6,713 nt of DNA, from assembly GCA_048939465.1 (NCBI GenBank), contig JBHLPL010000108.1, forward strand, positions 1 through 6,713. Direction: 5' to 3'. This DNA comes from Promethearchaeota archaeon. GTDB taxonomy: Archaea; Asgardarchaeota; Odinarchaeia; Odinarchaeales; JBHLKK01. Both the position numbers and the translations under genes were made by a program. Positions 6,223-6,713 of the stretch are shown one piece after another; the stretch's first letter is position 1, and each line of letters begins with the position of its first letter. The notes under the pieces are model-generated. The model ran no database searches and was not told where the DNA came from. It saw only the letters and a list, made by a program, of their open reading frames with translations.

Positions 6223-6713
6223 TTATTCAAGTACATAGTTCGTAGCATTTCTTATGCAACCATCCATATTTAAATACTTAAATTCTGCAAATCTTCCAAC
6301 CAAATCTATTCCAACTTTTCTTAAATATCCCATTACTTCTGCAAGATTTCTACTGCAATCTAAGTCATTTATGACATAGGCGTATTTTATTCTCTTCATT
6401 TTTCTGAAACATACATCTTCTTCATTTATTATCTTTAATTCATGTAGGTCGCTGATTGTTCTCTCAGTTATTCTCTCCTCTTTCATTTTCCAAAGATTAT
6501 CGCCAAAATTACAGGTAATCTCAGCCAAAACAGATGATTTCCCTTTGGGAGCAACATATTGGCTATAATTTGAAGGAAAACTTACTCTATGTGTTAAGAT
6601 CTCCTTATCAGGTATATATAGCCATGAGAAGTCATTGATCTTAGACTTCTCAATGCCAATTAAAACAGTAATAAGGGAATTATACTTAAGACTTTTTGCA
6701 GCATTTATGACTT
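6223..6713 (-). CDS. FAD-dependent oxidoreductase-fold protein, UDP-galactopyranose mutase-like (eukaryote-type/HemY-like fold), C-terminal part; 5'-truncated by window edge
   Basis: Manual translation shows the frame open from 6711 down to TAA at 6223, so the listed start at 6528 is an internal TTG: VINAAKSLKYNSLITVLIGIEKSKINDFSWLYIPDKEILTHRVSFPSNYSQYVAPKGKSSVLAEITC...KYAYV...LVGRFAEFKYLNMDGCI. The WLY..R..SNYS and GRF.E.KY.NMD motifs are UGM-like. Confidence 0.8.
   Translation of the reverse strand, partial: VINAAKSLKYNSLITVLIGIEKSKINDFSWLYIPDKEILTHRVSFPSNYSQYVAPKGKSSVLAEITCNFGDNLWKMKEERITERTISDLHELKIINEEDVCFRKMKRIKYAYVINDLDCSRNLAEVMGYLRKVGIDLVGRFAEFKYLNMDGCIRNATNYVLE

Overview
AT-rich window (roughly 40% GC by eye), very likely archaeal (GGTGA-type RBS, long-form RmlA, archaeal-style AlkP/APS-kinase pair), from a surface-glycan (N-glycan/S-layer/EPS) biosynthesis island. 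Order: 5'-truncated AlkP-superfamily protein (+) coupled to adenylyl-sulfate kinase cysC (+); GT4 glycosyltransferase (-); divergent promoter region; a three-gene + strand unit of extended SDR, short RmlC/SpsL-type cupin and long-form RmlA; convergent RmlD-like 4-reductase (-); and the C-terminal part of a flavoenzyme resembling eukaryote-type UDP-galactopyranose mutase (-, truncated by the window end). Main points of interest: (1) the rml-like set has no RmlB, and the SDR in its place lacks the dehydratase residues and resembles the Cj1427-type C4-oxidase subfamily, suggesting a route to a non-6-deoxy L-sugar such as NDP-L-mannose; (2) a PAPS-making kinase is fused into an operon with an AlkP-fold enzyme with no canonical sulfotransferase visible; (3) a eukaryote-type UGM-like enzyme hints at furanose sugars. 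All family comparisons are from recalled motifs, not database searches. No RNA genes, CRISPR arrays or mobile elements were seen.
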